In this document: piece by piece, positions 9,778 through 18,698 of the stretch | Position numbering within the stretch: the first letter of the stretch is position 1 | How the letters are laid out: each line of letters begins with the position of its first letter | Source: Lachnospiraceae bacterium | GTDB lineage: Bacteria > Bacillota > Clostridia > Lachnospirales > Lachnospiraceae | Direction of reading: 5' to 3' | NCBI GenBank assembly: GCA_051879675.1 | Contig: JBJEML010000039.1 | Span: 672 to 64,671, forward strand | Length of the DNA: 64,000 nucleotides | The notes under the pieces: model-generated | Told to the model about the DNA's origin: nothing | What the model saw: the letters and a program-made list of their open reading frames with translations, nothing else | The model's database searches: none | Made by a program: the position numbers and the translations under genes

Positions 9778-10644
9778 ATGTGGGTGTTTTTTGCAATCGG
9801 ATCCTCGTTTTTTGCAGGAATTACAGCGATCCTTGCGAAATGCGGAATTCGAAAAACAGATTCGGATGTGGCAACTGCAATCCGAACAATTGTGGTATTA
9901 CTTTTTTCGTGGCTGATGGTACTGATCACCGGTGCATGGACAGGAATTACCGATATCAACGGTAAAACACTGCTGTTTCTCGTTTTATCCGGTCTTGCCA
10001 CAGGGGCGTCATGGCTGTGCTACTTCCGTGCCTTGCAAATAGGCGATATCAATAAAGTTGTGCCGATTGATAAATCCAGCACGATACTTACCATTTTGCT
10101 GGCTTTGATCTTTTTGCATGAAGGACTTACATGGGGCAAGGCAGTTTCGGTGATTTTGATCGGTGTCGGTACCATGCTCATGATCTCAAAAAAGAATGCA
10201 GAAAAAGCATCCGAACAGACCGGCAGAAGCTGGCTGGTCTATGCCGTATTATCCGCAGTATTTGCCAGCCTGACAGCAATATTGGGAAAGATCGGCATCA
10301 CACAGATCAATTCAAACCTTGGAACGGCGATCCGAACAACGGTTGTGCTTTTCATGGCATGGCTGATGGTATTTGTGTCAGGAAAGCAGCAGGAGTTGAA
10401 AAAGATCGAAAAACGGGAGCTGGGATTTATCGGATTATCAGGCCTTGCCACAGGGGCGTCATGGTTGTGTTATTATCGGGCATTGCAGGAAGGACCCGCC
10501 AGTGTAGTTGTGCCAATAGATAAATTGAGTATGCTTGTGACCATCGCGTTTTCATGGATCGTATTTCATGAAAGGTTGACAAAAAAATCTGCCGTTGGTG
10601 TGGTTTGTATCACAGTCGGAACTCTTTTACTTGCGATTTTATAA
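9778..10644 (+). CDS. EamA/DMT-family transporter
   Basis: Two internally repeated halves (LSGLATGASWLCYFRALQ and LSGLATGASWLCYYRALQ; VVPIDK twice), about 10 TM segments. Confidence 0.92.
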   Translation: MWVFFAIGSSFFAGITAILAKCGIRKTDSDVATAIRTIVVLLFSWLMVLITGAWTGITDINGKTLLFLVLSGLATGASWLCYFRALQIGDINKVVPIDKSSTILTILLALIFLHEGLTWGKAVSVILIGVGTMLMISKKNAEKASEQTGRSWLVYAVLSAVFASLTAILGKIGITQINSNLGTAIRTTVVLFMAWLMVFVSGKQQELKKIEKRELGFIGLSGLATGASWLCYYRALQEGPASVVVPIDKLSMLVTIAFSWIVFHERLTKKSAVGVVCITVGTLLLAIL

Positions 10645-10700
10645 GTGCAGCTCGTATGAAAAACATGGGACAGTAGCTAGAAAAAAGTTTCTCCGTAGGA

Positions 10701-10729
10701 TTGCACTGCGGATGGAAGTGTGCTAGAAT
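10701..10729 (+). promoter_or_regulatory. sigma70/SigA-type promoter for the cobalamin leader
   Basis: TTGCAC-17 bp-TAGAAT with an extended TG, just upstream of the riboswitch. Confidence 0.6.
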
Positions 10730-10744
10730 GGCTTCAATTGAATA

Positions 10745-10998
10745 TGTAGCAGTCAGGTGTCGGAACGATCAGAATGAGAGATACAAATGATTGGTTCCGG
10801 TGAAAAGGGAAACAGGTGTGAATCCTGTACGAACTCGTCACCGTAATTAGGGAGCAGAGGCCGAGATATCACTGGGAAACCGGGAAGATGGCGGATGCGA
10901 TGATCTTTAAGCCGGGAGACCTGCCTGACGGCTGTACAGAGACTGTATGTAACTGTAGCGGCTGCACACATGTTTCAGACCACGAGTAACTGGTTGTA
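10745..10998 (+). ncRNA. Cobalamin (AdoCbl) riboswitch
   Basis: Conserved elements AAAAGGGAAacaGGTGtgAATCCt, CaCCGTAA, CACTGGGAAACCGGGAAG and the B12 box AGCCgGGAGACCTGCC. P1 pairs 10746-10757 with 10924-10937. Candidate kissing loop: CTCG (L5) with CGAG in hairpin 10978-10995. Confidence 0.93.
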
Positions 10999-11053
10999 CG
11001 TGAAAACGATCAAATGAGTTTTATCATATTTTTGTAAGTTTTCTTTTGTATAT

Positions 11054-11089
11054 AACCCTTTACCTGCATAGGCGAAGGGTTTCCTTTTT
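11054..11089 (+). terminator. Intrinsic terminator, likely the riboswitch expression platform
   Basis: aaccctttacctgcataggcgaagggtt followed by tccttttt, between the riboswitch and cbiK. Confidence 0.65.
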
Positions 11090-11168
11090 GTTGCCGTGTC
11101 TGCCGACATATTCAAAATTCACACAAATATCATCATATGACAGCAAGGGTTGTCAAAAAGGAGGAGAC

Positions 11169-12356
11169 ATGAAAAAGAAAACAGTAATAGCAATTTTGGC
11201 GCTCACACTTACGGCAGCATTGTGTCCGACTGGCTGCGGAAACAGCAGTACGCCGGAGCAGACAGCAGAGAGTGAAGCAGACGCTGACAGAAAGGCAGCA
11301 GATGAGGTGGCAGCATTGATTGATGCAATTTATGTACAGGAACGGACAGATGAGTCAGATGCGCAGTGCAAGGCGGCAAAGGAAGCATGGGACGCGCTGA
11401 CAGATGAACAGAAAGAACTGGTAGAAGGCGAGAACGCTGATCCTGATTACTTCGGAAAGGATACGGGCGATGCCTCCAAAGACGATCCTTGCAATCAGGA
11501 CGAGATCGGAGAAAATGAGATTCTGGTAGTCAGCTTCGGCACTTCCTATAATGACAGCCGTGTCTCTGACATCAAAGGAATTGAGGATGCGATCGCAGAA
11601 GCTTATCCGGACTGGTCTGTGAGACGTGCATTTACGTCGCAGATCATTATCAATCATGTGCAGGCCCGGGACGGAGAGTGCATTGACAACGTGGATCAGG
11701 CATTGGAGCGCGCCGTGAACAACGGTGTGAGGAACCTGATCGTACAGCCGACGCACCTGATGCACGGTGCGGAGTATGATGAGCTGATGACGGTTCTGGA
11801 GGCATATCAGGATCAGTTTGAGAGTGTAAAGGTGGCAGAGCCGCTGCTGGGTGAGGTTGGTAATGATGCCACTGTGATCAATGAGGATAAGGCAAAAGTC
11901 GCAGAGGCGATCACCGCTGAGGCGGTGAAGGATGCAGGCTATGACAGTCTTGACGCTGCGAAGGAGGATTGCGTGGCATTTGTGTTTATGGGACATGGAA
12001 CCTCACATACGGCAAAGGTGTCCTACAGCCAGATGCAGACACAGATGGGCGCGCTTGGCTATGAGAACGTATTTATCGGAACCGTAGAGGGCGAGCCGGA
12101 GGAGACTTCCTGTGAGGCCGTTATTGAGGAAGTACAAAAGGAGGGCTACAAAAAGGTGATCCTGCGCCCGCTCATGGTCGTGGCAGGAGATCATGCGAAC
12201 AATGATATGGCAGGAGAGGACAAGGATTCGTGGCTGAGCATGTTTGAGGCAACCGGAAGCTTTGAGCGAGTAGATGCACAGATTTCCGGGCTTGGTGAGA
12301 TTGATGCGATTCAACAGCTGTATGTGGCGCATATCGCAGATGTGATGAATCAGTAA
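11169..12356 (+). CDS. cbiK: Sirohydrochlorin cobaltochelatase CbiK-like protein with lipoprotein signal peptide
   Basis: VVSFGTS, RRAFTS, VQPTHLMHG, FMGHGT and LMVVAGDHANND motifs. N-terminus MKKKTVIAILALTLTAALCPTGC is lipobox-like. Start ATG 11169 after ggagg. Confidence 0.85.
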   Translation: MKKKTVIAILALTLTAALCPTGCGNSSTPEQTAESEADADRKAADEVAALIDAIYVQERTDESDAQCKAAKEAWDALTDEQKELVEGENADPDYFGKDTGDASKDDPCNQDEIGENEILVVSFGTSYNDSRVSDIKGIEDAIAEAYPDWSVRRAFTSQIIINHVQARDGECIDNVDQALERAVNNGVRNLIVQPTHLMHGAEYDELMTVLEAYQDQFESVKVAEPLLGEVGNDATVINEDKAKVAEAITAEAVKDAGYDSLDAAKEDCVAFVFMGHGTSHTAKVSYSQMQTQMGALGYENVFIGTVEGEPEETSCEAVIEEVQKEGYKKVILRPLMVVAGDHANNDMAGEDKDSWLSMFEATGSFERVDAQISGLGEIDAIQQLYVAHIADVMNQ

Positions 12357-12370
12357 AATGGAGCGTTGAA

Positions 12371-13324
12371 ATGAAGAAGAAAATTATTACAATAATGTTT
12401 ATGCTGTGTCTTTGCGGTGTATTATGCACAGGTTGCAGTAACACGGAATTGTGGGGTGTGACATTCGTTACAAGTGACACAAAAGATGGATCGGGTGATG
12501 TGCCTGATAAAGAAACGAGCACTGCTCAGGCAGAGGCTGCACCGCAGCTGGAAGACGGCGTTTACATGGCAGATTTTATCACAGACAGCAGTATGTTTCA
12601 TGTGAATGAAGCATGTGACGGAAAGGGAAAGCTGACGGTGACGGATGGTCAGATGGTCATCCACATTTCCCTGACATCTAAAAATATTATAAACCTCTAT
12701 CCCGGACTGGCCGAGGATGCACAGAAGGATGGAGCAGAACTGCTGCAGCCGACCGCGGACACTGTCACCTACAGCGACGGCATGTCGGAGGAGGTCAATG
12801 GGTTTGACGTTCCGGTTCCGGCGCTCGATGAAGAGTTTGATCTGGCGCTGCTCGGTAAAAAAGGCAAGTGGTATGATCATAAGGTGAGCGTGTCGAATCC
12901 GGTGCCGTCGGAGGATGCATCAGCGGAAACACCAGATCGATCACAAGATGATGCACAGGATCAGAAGGAAGATAACGCGCAAAATACAGACATCGGATCG
13001 CTTGCGGATGGAAGATACACAGTCGAGCTCACCTTTGAGGGAGGCAGCGGAAAAGCACAGATTTTATCGCCTGCCACAGTTACGGCAGACGGCGGAAAGG
13101 TGATTGCAACCGTTGAGTGGAGCAGCCCGAACTATGACTATATGATCGTGGGCGGAGAAAAATATCTGCCGGTCAACACGGAAGGAAACTCTGTGTTTGA
13201 GATTCCGGTGTCTGCGTTCAATGAGCCGTTGGCCGTGATCGGTGATACCGTGGCAATGAGCAAGCCGCATGAGGTCGAATATACGATCACATTTCATACA
13301 GAAAGCTTATATCCGGCGGAATAA
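12371..13324 (+). CDS. Lipoprotein with two repeated NEAT-like beta domains, putative corrinoid/heme-binding
   Basis: Lipobox LCTGC. Two related domains begin LEDGVY and LADGRY and contain FDVPV and FEIPV, separated by an acidic linker. Function inferred from context. Confidence 0.6.
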   Translation: MKKKIITIMFMLCLCGVLCTGCSNTELWGVTFVTSDTKDGSGDVPDKETSTAQAEAAPQLEDGVYMADFITDSSMFHVNEACDGKGKLTVTDGQMVIHISLTSKNIINLYPGLAEDAQKDGAELLQPTADTVTYSDGMSEEVNGFDVPVPALDEEFDLALLGKKGKWYDHKVSVSNPVPSEDASAETPDRSQDDAQDQKEDNAQNTDIGSLADGRYTVELTFEGGSGKAQILSPATVTADGGKVIATVEWSSPNYDYMIVGGEKYLPVNTEGNSVFEIPVSAFNEPLAVIGDTVAMSKPHEVEYTITFHTESLYPAE

Positions 13325-13391
13325 CAGCTTTTTCACTTCCTGAGTGAGGAAAGTTTAATTGTTAGGATCAGTGTGATCAGAGGTACAGGAA

Positions 13392-14537
13392 ATGAGCAAG
13401 AGAAAAAAATATATTAATTTGATCGGATGTCTGCTTTTCATGGGACTGCTGGGGCTTGGGGGCTGCGGCAGTCCTTCTTCCGTTTCTGATGCAGATGCAG
13501 AATTGGTATATAAGAGCAGTATGGAATTGCAGTATGCAAAGAATTTTGCGGTGGATTATTACGAGGGCGGATATAAGATGCTGACGATTACGGCGGACGG
13601 TACGCAGTTTCTGATCGTGCCGGAGGAAAAAAATGTACCGCAGGCACTGGATGAAAACATCGTGGTGCTTCATCAGCCTCTTGGCAATCTGTATCTGGTC
13701 GCGTCAGCAGCCATGGATATGTTCCGGGAGTTGGATGCGATCGATCAGATCCGTTTTTCCGGACAGAAGGCGGACAGCTGGTATATAGAAGAGGCAAGAG
13801 CAGCGATGGAGAAAGGAAGCATGCTCTATGCCGGCAAATACAGTATGCCGGATTATGAGTTGATCGTATCAGAGGGTTGCAGCCTTGCTATCGAAAATAC
13901 GATGATCTCCCATTCGCCGGAGGTGATCGAAAAATTGAAGGAATTCGGGATTCCGGTGCTGATCGATTATTCCAGCTATGAGACGCATCCCCTCGGCAGG
14001 GTGGAGTGGATAAAGGTTTACGGTGCGCTGCTCGGAAAGGAAAAGAAGGCGGATGCGGCATTTGCAGAACAGACAGATGCACTGAAATATGTCGGGAAGG
14101 AAGCGCAAACAGACAAGACAGTGGCATTTTTCTACATTACCTCAAACGGCACGGCAAATGTCAGAAAGACATCTGATTACATTCCGCAGATGATTGATCT
14201 GGCAGGTGGAAGTTATATTTTTCAGGATCCGGGATCGGACGAGGATCACAGGTCGTCGGTCAACATGACGATGGAGGAATTTTATGCAACTGCAAAAGAT
14301 GCCGACTATCTGGTCTACAATAGCACGATCGACGGAGAGATACAGACTGTCGAGCAACTGCTCGGCAAGAGTACGATGCTCCGTGATTTCAAGGCAGTGA
14401 GAGAAGGGAATGTGTGGTGCACGACGAGTGATCTGTATCAGCATTCCATGTCTGTCGGCAGTTTTACCATGGATCTGCATGCGATGCTGACAGCGGATCG
14501 TTCACATGAATACAAATATCTGTACAGCTTGAAATAA
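13392..14537 (+). CDS. ABC transporter substrate-binding lipoprotein (BtuF/iron-siderophore type)
   Basis: Lipobox LGGC; YETHPLGRVEWIK motif; lies upstream of a FecCD permease. Confidence 0.85.
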   Translation: MSKRKKYINLIGCLLFMGLLGLGGCGSPSSVSDADAELVYKSSMELQYAKNFAVDYYEGGYKMLTITADGTQFLIVPEEKNVPQALDENIVVLHQPLGNLYLVASAAMDMFRELDAIDQIRFSGQKADSWYIEEARAAMEKGSMLYAGKYSMPDYELIVSEGCSLAIENTMISHSPEVIEKLKEFGIPVLIDYSSYETHPLGRVEWIKVYGALLGKEKKADAAFAEQTDALKYVGKEAQTDKTVAFFYITSNGTANVRKTSDYIPQMIDLAGGSYIFQDPGSDEDHRSSVNMTMEEFYATAKDADYLVYNSTIDGEIQTVEQLLGKSTMLRDFKAVREGNVWCTTSDLYQHSMSVGSFTMDLHAMLTADRSHEYKYLYSLK

Positions 14538-14594
14538 GGTTACAGTAATACCATAGGTTTTAGGCAATGGAAGAAGGTGCGCAGGGGAGGACAT

Positions 14595-15623
14595 ATGACA
14601 GAACGGAAGGGAAAAAGAACAGTTCGATATACAATTGTATTTGCCATATTACTATGCAGCGTGGCAGTGCTGGTCCTGGGCAATGTTGGAATTGGCAGTG
14701 TTTCAATTCCGGCAAAAGATGTAGTGAAATGTCTGGCCGGCGGGGCAGTCGATGATACCGTTTGGGGAATCATCCGTGATATCCGCCTGCCCAGAACGCT
14801 GGCAGTGCTTATACTCGGAGGAGCGCTGGCTCTTTCCGGGTATCTTTTGCAGACTTTTTTTCACAATCCGATCGCAGGACCGTTTGTCCTTGGCATCTCC
14901 TCCGGTTCCAAGCTGACCGTGTCATTGGTGATGGTATTTCTGCTTGGAAATGCTGTGACGATCAGCTCTGCAGTATTGATCGGAGCAGCGTTTGCAGGTG
15001 CGATACTCTGTATGGGTTTTGTGCTTTTGATGTCAAAACGGGTCAGAAGCATGTCCACACTGGTTGTCTGTGGCGTAATGATCGGCTATATCTGCTCGGC
15101 AATCACGGATTTTGTGGTCACGTTTGCCGATGATGCGGATATCGTCAATCTGCACAACTGGTCGCGGGGCAGCTTCTCCGGTATGGCATGGGGGAATCTG
15201 CCAACGATGGCGTTGGTCGTACTTATGGCATCTGTTGGTGTGTTTTTCCTGTCAAAACCGATCAGTGCCTATCAGCTAGGTGAAAACTATGCGAAGAATA
15301 TGGGTGTGAATCTGCGCGCGCTGCGTGTTTTACTGATCTTACTTTCAAGTATTCTGTCCGCATGTGTCGTCGCCTACGCAGGTCCGATCTCCTTTGTCGG
15401 GATCGCAGTGCCGCAGATGGCGAAACAGATGCTGAAGACAAATAGACCGATTCTGATGATACCCGCATGCTTTCTGGGTGGAAGTGCTTTCTGCCTGCTT
15501 TGTGACCTGATCGCAAGAACAGTGTTTGCGCCGACAGAGCTTGCCATCAGCACGGTGACAGCAGTATTTGGCGCACCGGTGGTGTTGTGGGTGATGGTGA
15601 CAAGGAAGAAGAGCAACCCGTGA
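14595..15623 (+). CDS. FecCD/BtuC-family ABC permease
   Basis: IRLPR, LLQTFFHNPIAGPFVLGISSG, LGENYAKNMGV and GPISFVGIAVP motifs; start ATG 14595 after ggagg. Confidence 0.92.
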   Translation: MTERKGKRTVRYTIVFAILLCSVAVLVLGNVGIGSVSIPAKDVVKCLAGGAVDDTVWGIIRDIRLPRTLAVLILGGALALSGYLLQTFFHNPIAGPFVLGISSGSKLTVSLVMVFLLGNAVTISSAVLIGAAFAGAILCMGFVLLMSKRVRSMSTLVVCGVMIGYICSAITDFVVTFADDADIVNLHNWSRGSFSGMAWGNLPTMALVVLMASVGVFFLSKPISAYQLGENYAKNMGVNLRALRVLLILLSSILSACVVAYAGPISFVGIAVPQMAKQMLKTNRPILMIPACFLGGSAFCLLCDLIARTVFAPTELAISTVTAVFGAPVVLWVMVTRKKSNP

Positions 15624-15657
15624 AAACGCGGAAGATCTGTGAAGAGGAAAGAATAGC

Positions 15658-16755
15658 ATGAATGATTCATATTTTTTTACCGTAGATATGTGTGTCGGTT
15701 ATCACGGAAAATCGTTGATCAGGGATATCGGGATCACGCTGCAAAGGGGAGAGATCCTTACGTTGATCGGCCCGAATGGAGCCGGAAAGTCCACGATCCT
15801 GAAGAGCATTGCAGGACAGCTGGAACTGATCGGCGGAGCTGCTTATCTGGATCAGAGTGAAATTGCACGAATGCGGCGGGAGGAACTGGCAAAAAAGATG
15901 TCGGTGCTGCTCACAGAAAAGATCAGGGCAGAGCTTTTGACCTGTGAGGAGGTCGTGGAGACCGGACGGTATCCGTATACCGGAAGATTCGGCATCTTAT
16001 CTGATGATGATCACAGAAACGTGCGGGAAGCGATGGAGCTTGTGCATGTGACAAAGCTTGCTGACCGTCTGTTTGACGAGATCAGCGACGGACAAAAGCA
16101 GCGCGTCATGCTGGCGAGGGCGATGGCCGGACAGCCGCAGATCCTGATCTTGGACGAACCGACTTCTTATCTGGATGTGAAATACAAGCTGGAATTTCTG
16201 TCGGTTTTACAGGAAATGCGAAAGAAAAGGAGGCTGACAGTGATCATGTCTCTGCATGAGCTGGAGCTGGCAGAGCGGATCTCGGACAAGATCCTTTGCG
16301 TGAAAGGGGAATACGTGGAACGTTTCGGTACACCGGAAGAAATCTTCCTGCCGGGTTATATAGGATCGCTTTTTGAAATACGAAACGGCAGGTATGATGA
16401 AGAAAACAGCCAGCTAGAGCTGGAGGCGGCAAAAGGTGCGCCGCAGGTGTTTGTGATCGCCGGAGGCGGAAGCGGCAAGCCTATCTACCGAAGGCTGCAG
16501 CGCGAGGGAATTCCCTTTGCCACAGGCATCTTATTTTCGAATGATCTGGATACGCCTGTCGCGCGTGCGCTGGCATCGGAGGTCATCGAGGCGGAGGCCT
16601 TCGAGCCGGTGGACGAAGTGCTTCTGACGCGTGCGAAGGAGGTAATGGATAGTTGCAAAACAGTCATCTGCTGCAGACAGAGATTTGGCAGTCTGGAGCA
16701 TGCGAACAAGGAACTTGTGGCGTATGCAAAGGCTGCGGGGAGATTGGTAGAATGA
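15658..16755 (+). CDS. ABC transporter ATP-binding protein (FecE/BtuD-like) with C-terminal extension
   Basis: Walker A GPNGAGKS, signature ISDGQKQR, Walker B LILDEP, H-loop SLHE. Confidence 0.92.
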   Translation: MNDSYFFTVDMCVGYHGKSLIRDIGITLQRGEILTLIGPNGAGKSTILKSIAGQLELIGGAAYLDQSEIARMRREELAKKMSVLLTEKIRAELLTCEEVVETGRYPYTGRFGILSDDDHRNVREAMELVHVTKLADRLFDEISDGQKQRVMLARAMAGQPQILILDEPTSYLDVKYKLEFLSVLQEMRKKRRLTVIMSLHELELAERISDKILCVKGEYVERFGTPEEIFLPGYIGSLFEIRNGRYDEENSQLELEAAKGAPQVFVIAGGGSGKPIYRRLQREGIPFATGILFSNDLDTPVARALASEVIEAEAFEPVDEVLLTRAKEVMDSCKTVICCRQRFGSLEHANKELVAYAKAAGRLVE

Positions 16756-16777
16756 TAGTTGTTTTGTGATGATTCTA

Positions 16778-16805
16778 TAAAAACAATCTCATATCTGACC
16801 GATAT
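16778..16805 (+). promoter_or_regulatory. Putative sigma28 (SigD/FliA) promoter
   Basis: TAAA(16778-16781)-N16-ACCGATAT(16798-16805) versus the consensus TAAA-N16-GCCGATAT. Confidence 0.5.
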
Positions 16806-16892
16806 AAAAATTGAAACAGTGGCTGCACGCGTAAAATCAGTCACCGATCGATAAACAACACGGATGTGAATCTCAATCAGGGAGGATTGACA

Positions 16893-18014
16893 ATGAATAT
16901 CGGGATCAGGGTAAATCCTGCGACCGGGCAGTTTATGCGAACCGGATTGCCCGGCAGTAGCACAGGAAAACAGATTTCAGGGCTCGCGGCTGGAAAGAAG
17001 ACGGCAGATGTATCGTCACAGGTGCTCAGTCCGTCGCTTCGTATGCGTTTGGCAGAGATGAATGCGGCGCAGAGTACGCTGCCGCAGGCGAAGCGCGAGG
17101 TGGTTTTTGACGCGGCCAGCGGTACAACCTTTGACGCGCAGCGGATGAGCCGTTCTGCTTCTTCTGCCCAGAAAAAGATGAAAAAGCTGCAATATAATTT
17201 TAAGCTGATCTCCTCGCAGATCATGCGTGCGAAGACCAGCAGCAGCGCTTCGCAGGCAGTCTCAAGTGCAAAGCGCATGGTTGCGCAGCTTCGCAGAAAG
17301 CGAAAGAGCGGCGAGTATGATGACGAAGAACTGGAGGCAGCGATCACACATGCACAGGCGATGGAGCGCGTTGCGAAAAAGCATGTGAAATACCTGCAAC
17401 AGGAGGAGTGGGCAGAGCGAAGCGGGCATATCTGTGAAGAAAAATTGCCGGAAGAGGAGCAAAAGCCGGCAGGGGCAGCCAACCCAGAGGATCTGTCTGA
17501 GATGACGGATGGGTTTTCAGAAAACCCGGCAGAGTCTGCGAAGGAGTTTTCTGAACAAATGGCGCAGATCGGGCAGGAACTGGCGGAGAGCCTGGAGGAG
17601 ATTCCTGAGGAATTTGCGGAAGAAATGGCGCAGCTCATGCTGGAGTACGCAGACATGATGAGTGAGACGGTGGAGAATCTGGGAGGGGATCTCTTAGAAT
17701 CGTTATCCGGCTTTGATACAGATATGGATCCCGAGGATTTAAAGGCATTAAAGCAAAAGCACCGCGCAAAGGAAATGCAGGAGATCGCCAAGGCGGATGC
17801 AAAATATCTGAAGGCGATCTTTGAGAAATATGCCGCTGACCGCCAGCAGGCGGCAAGCGGTGTGAGTCAGGTCATGGGTGCAAGGAATGGAATGAGCGGC
17901 ATGGGTGGAGTGATCAGCATGAGCGGTATGCCACAGACCGCATCCGCGGGCGCACCGGCAACTGCATCCGCGGCCCCGTCAGTAGAGGGCGGTAGTGTGG
18001 ATGTATCTATTTAA
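16893..18014 (+). CDS. Hypothetical alpha-helical protein
   Basis: RBS ggagg before ATG 16893. Long ORF with a basic coiled-coil N-half, acidic middle, Ala/Gly/Ser-rich tail and C-terminal GGSVDVSI. Confidence 0.75.
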   Translation: MNIGIRVNPATGQFMRTGLPGSSTGKQISGLAAGKKTADVSSQVLSPSLRMRLAEMNAAQSTLPQAKREVVFDAASGTTFDAQRMSRSASSAQKKMKKLQYNFKLISSQIMRAKTSSSASQAVSSAKRMVAQLRRKRKSGEYDDEELEAAITHAQAMERVAKKHVKYLQQEEWAERSGHICEEKLPEEEQKPAGAANPEDLSEMTDGFSENPAESAKEFSEQMAQIGQELAESLEEIPEEFAEEMAQLMLEYADMMSETVENLGGDLLESLSGFDTDMDPEDLKALKQKHRAKEMQEIAKADAKYLKAIFEKYAADRQQAASGVSQVMGARNGMSGMGGVISMSGMPQTASAGAPATASAAPSVEGGSVDVSI

Positions 18015-18037
18015 AAAGACGTTAAAAAATTAATTTC

Positions 18038-18086
18038 TTGACACTTCTCTGTTTTTTTACTATGATGAACTTACGCAATAGTAAAA
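18038..18086 (+). promoter_or_regulatory. sigma70 promoter with overlapping inverted-repeat operator
   Basis: TTGACA(18038)-17 bp-TATGAT(18061). A perfect 9-bp inverted repeat TTTTACTAT(18055-18063)/ATAGTAAAA(18078-18086) overlaps the -10 box. Confidence 0.7.
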
Positions 18087-18107
18087 GAAGAGGGAGGTGT
18101 CTTTTTT

Positions 18108-18698
18108 ATGAAACAGAATGTACGAGGTGCAGGGCGCAAGCGCGCGCTGTCCACAGAGACGATAAAGATCATAAAAAAAAGGTATGATGCCGGCGAAACG
18201 GTCACAGCACTGGCGGCAGAGTATGGTGTATCCCGCCAGACACTTTCCACATATCTGCATCCGAAGGAGCCACAGATGGATCAGGTCTGCCATACCTATC
18301 GCGCATGGGTCAGCCTGAATGAAATGCTCCGGCAGGAAGATCTGTGGGATTATACACTTCGGATCGACTATATGAATCATGACGAATGTTGTACGGTCAT
18401 TCTTGTGGATTTTTTGCATGAAAAGATTCTGATCAGAAATGTGACGGATGAGCTTTTATTCCGTGCATTTGGTGTAAAGGAAAAACCGACATGGGAGGAT
18501 TTTGAGTATTTTCTGGCGGATCGTTGTGTGCCGCGCACACGCTTCGGCATGAAGGAGATCCTGAAGGACTACGGTCTGGACTTTTATGATCCGCTGGCGA
18601 TCATAGAAAAGACCGACGGTCATATGGCAGAAGACCACCAGTGGATGAAACTTACCTACTTTGACAAAATGGAGGCAATGAAGCATGAGAGAGATTGA
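18108..18698 (+). CDS. HTH DNA-binding protein fused to a HipA N-terminal (HipS-like) domain; putative antitoxin
   Basis: N-terminal resolvase/Hin-type HTH (GRKRAL...ETVTALAAEYGVSRQTL). C-terminal FLADRCVPRTR...ILKDYGL...TDGHMAEDHQW resembles the N-subdomain of Firmicute HipA-like kinases. Confidence 0.65.
   Translation: MKQNVRGAGRKRALSTETIKIIKKRYDAGETVTALAAEYGVSRQTLSTYLHPKEPQMDQVCHTYRAWVSLNEMLRQEDLWDYTLRIDYMNHDECCTVILVDFLHEKILIRNVTDELLFRAFGVKEKPTWEDFEYFLADRCVPRTRFGMKEILKDYGLDFYDPLAIIEKTDGHMAEDHQWMKLTYFDKMEAMKHERD

Noticed and set aside
16877-17791. 304-aa minus-strand ORF
   Set aside because: Ser-rich antisense shadow of the + strand gene, which has the RBS and promoter.
18108-18698. Hin/resolvase DNA invertase or transposase fragment
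   Set aside because: Only the HTH resembles resolvases; there is no serine-recombinase catalytic motif or DDE domain, and no flanking IS ends are visible.
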